This document shows positions 15,512-15,524 of a stretch of 15,524 nt of DNA, piece by piece. Within the stretch, counting starts at the first letter, position 1. Each line of letters begins with the position of its first letter. The notes beneath the pieces are model-generated. The model worked only from the letters and a program-made list of their open reading frames with translations, was not told the DNA's origin and did not search any database. The stretch covers positions 1 to 15,524 of the forward strand of contig NZ_NVQC01000002.1 in assembly GCF_003044035.1 (NCBI RefSeq), written 5' to 3'. The translations under genes and the position numbers were made by a program. This DNA is from Candidatus Methylomirabilis limnetica (GTDB taxonomy: Bacteria; Methylomirabilota; Methylomirabilia; Methylomirabilales; Methylomirabilaceae).

Positions 15512-15524
15512 GCGGTCGAAATCC

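Noticed and set aside
15455-15524. T-loop-like GGTCGAAATCC at the extreme 3' edge, and a D-loop-like TTCAGTGATAG, suggesting a tRNA or tmRNA.
   Set aside because: The motif deviates from GGTTCGAATCC. The intervening 13-bp hairpin is incompatible with an anticodon arm, no acceptor stem can be built, and the window ends before it could be tested.
1-15524. CRISPR arrays, rRNA genes, integrase/recombinase genes, reverse transcriptases, and known defence-system signature genes.
   Set aside because: I saw no regularly spaced repeat-spacer structure and no ORF with such motifs in any frame.

Overview
High-G+C bacterial chromosomal window. I saw no rRNA, convincing tRNA or CRISPR array. Plus strand: a GH63-like glucosidase gene (frame open 58-2606) carries two same-phase copies of a 45-48 nt C-run/G-run hairpin mini-element and is split into two ORFs by a one-base frame change in a C6 tract. 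ATGA overlaps couple it to a GH13 alpha-amylase-family gene (2603-4084) and an uncharacterised lipoprotein (4081-5196). A lower-GC, repeat-rich intergenic region follows, then an octaheme c-type cytochrome fused to HEAT/TPR repeats (5569-7938). Minus strand: four cell-envelope genes, namely a DUF3313-like lipoprotein (14582-15295), an OprB-type porin (11329-12765), a 675-aa lipoprotein with a C-terminal serine-hydrolase domain (9215-11242) and a DUF4410-like lipoprotein (8130-8843). An accessory islet of about 1.8 kb (about 12850-14580) interrupts them. It holds an overlapping nucleotidyltransferase-fold plus 56-aa gene pair, the 3' remnant of an IS4-family element, a 5'-truncated XRE/HigA-like antitoxin gene with no toxin, and a possible sulfatase remnant. 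A nested-palindrome element lies at 9014-9152. I cannot point to a clear-cut new system. The best candidates for something undescribed are the porin/hydrolase/DUF-lipoprotein envelope cluster, the NTase-fold plus mini-protein pair, the glycosidase-coupled lipoprotein, and the translated hairpin mini-elements. All family assignments come from motif recognition by eye, not from database searches.
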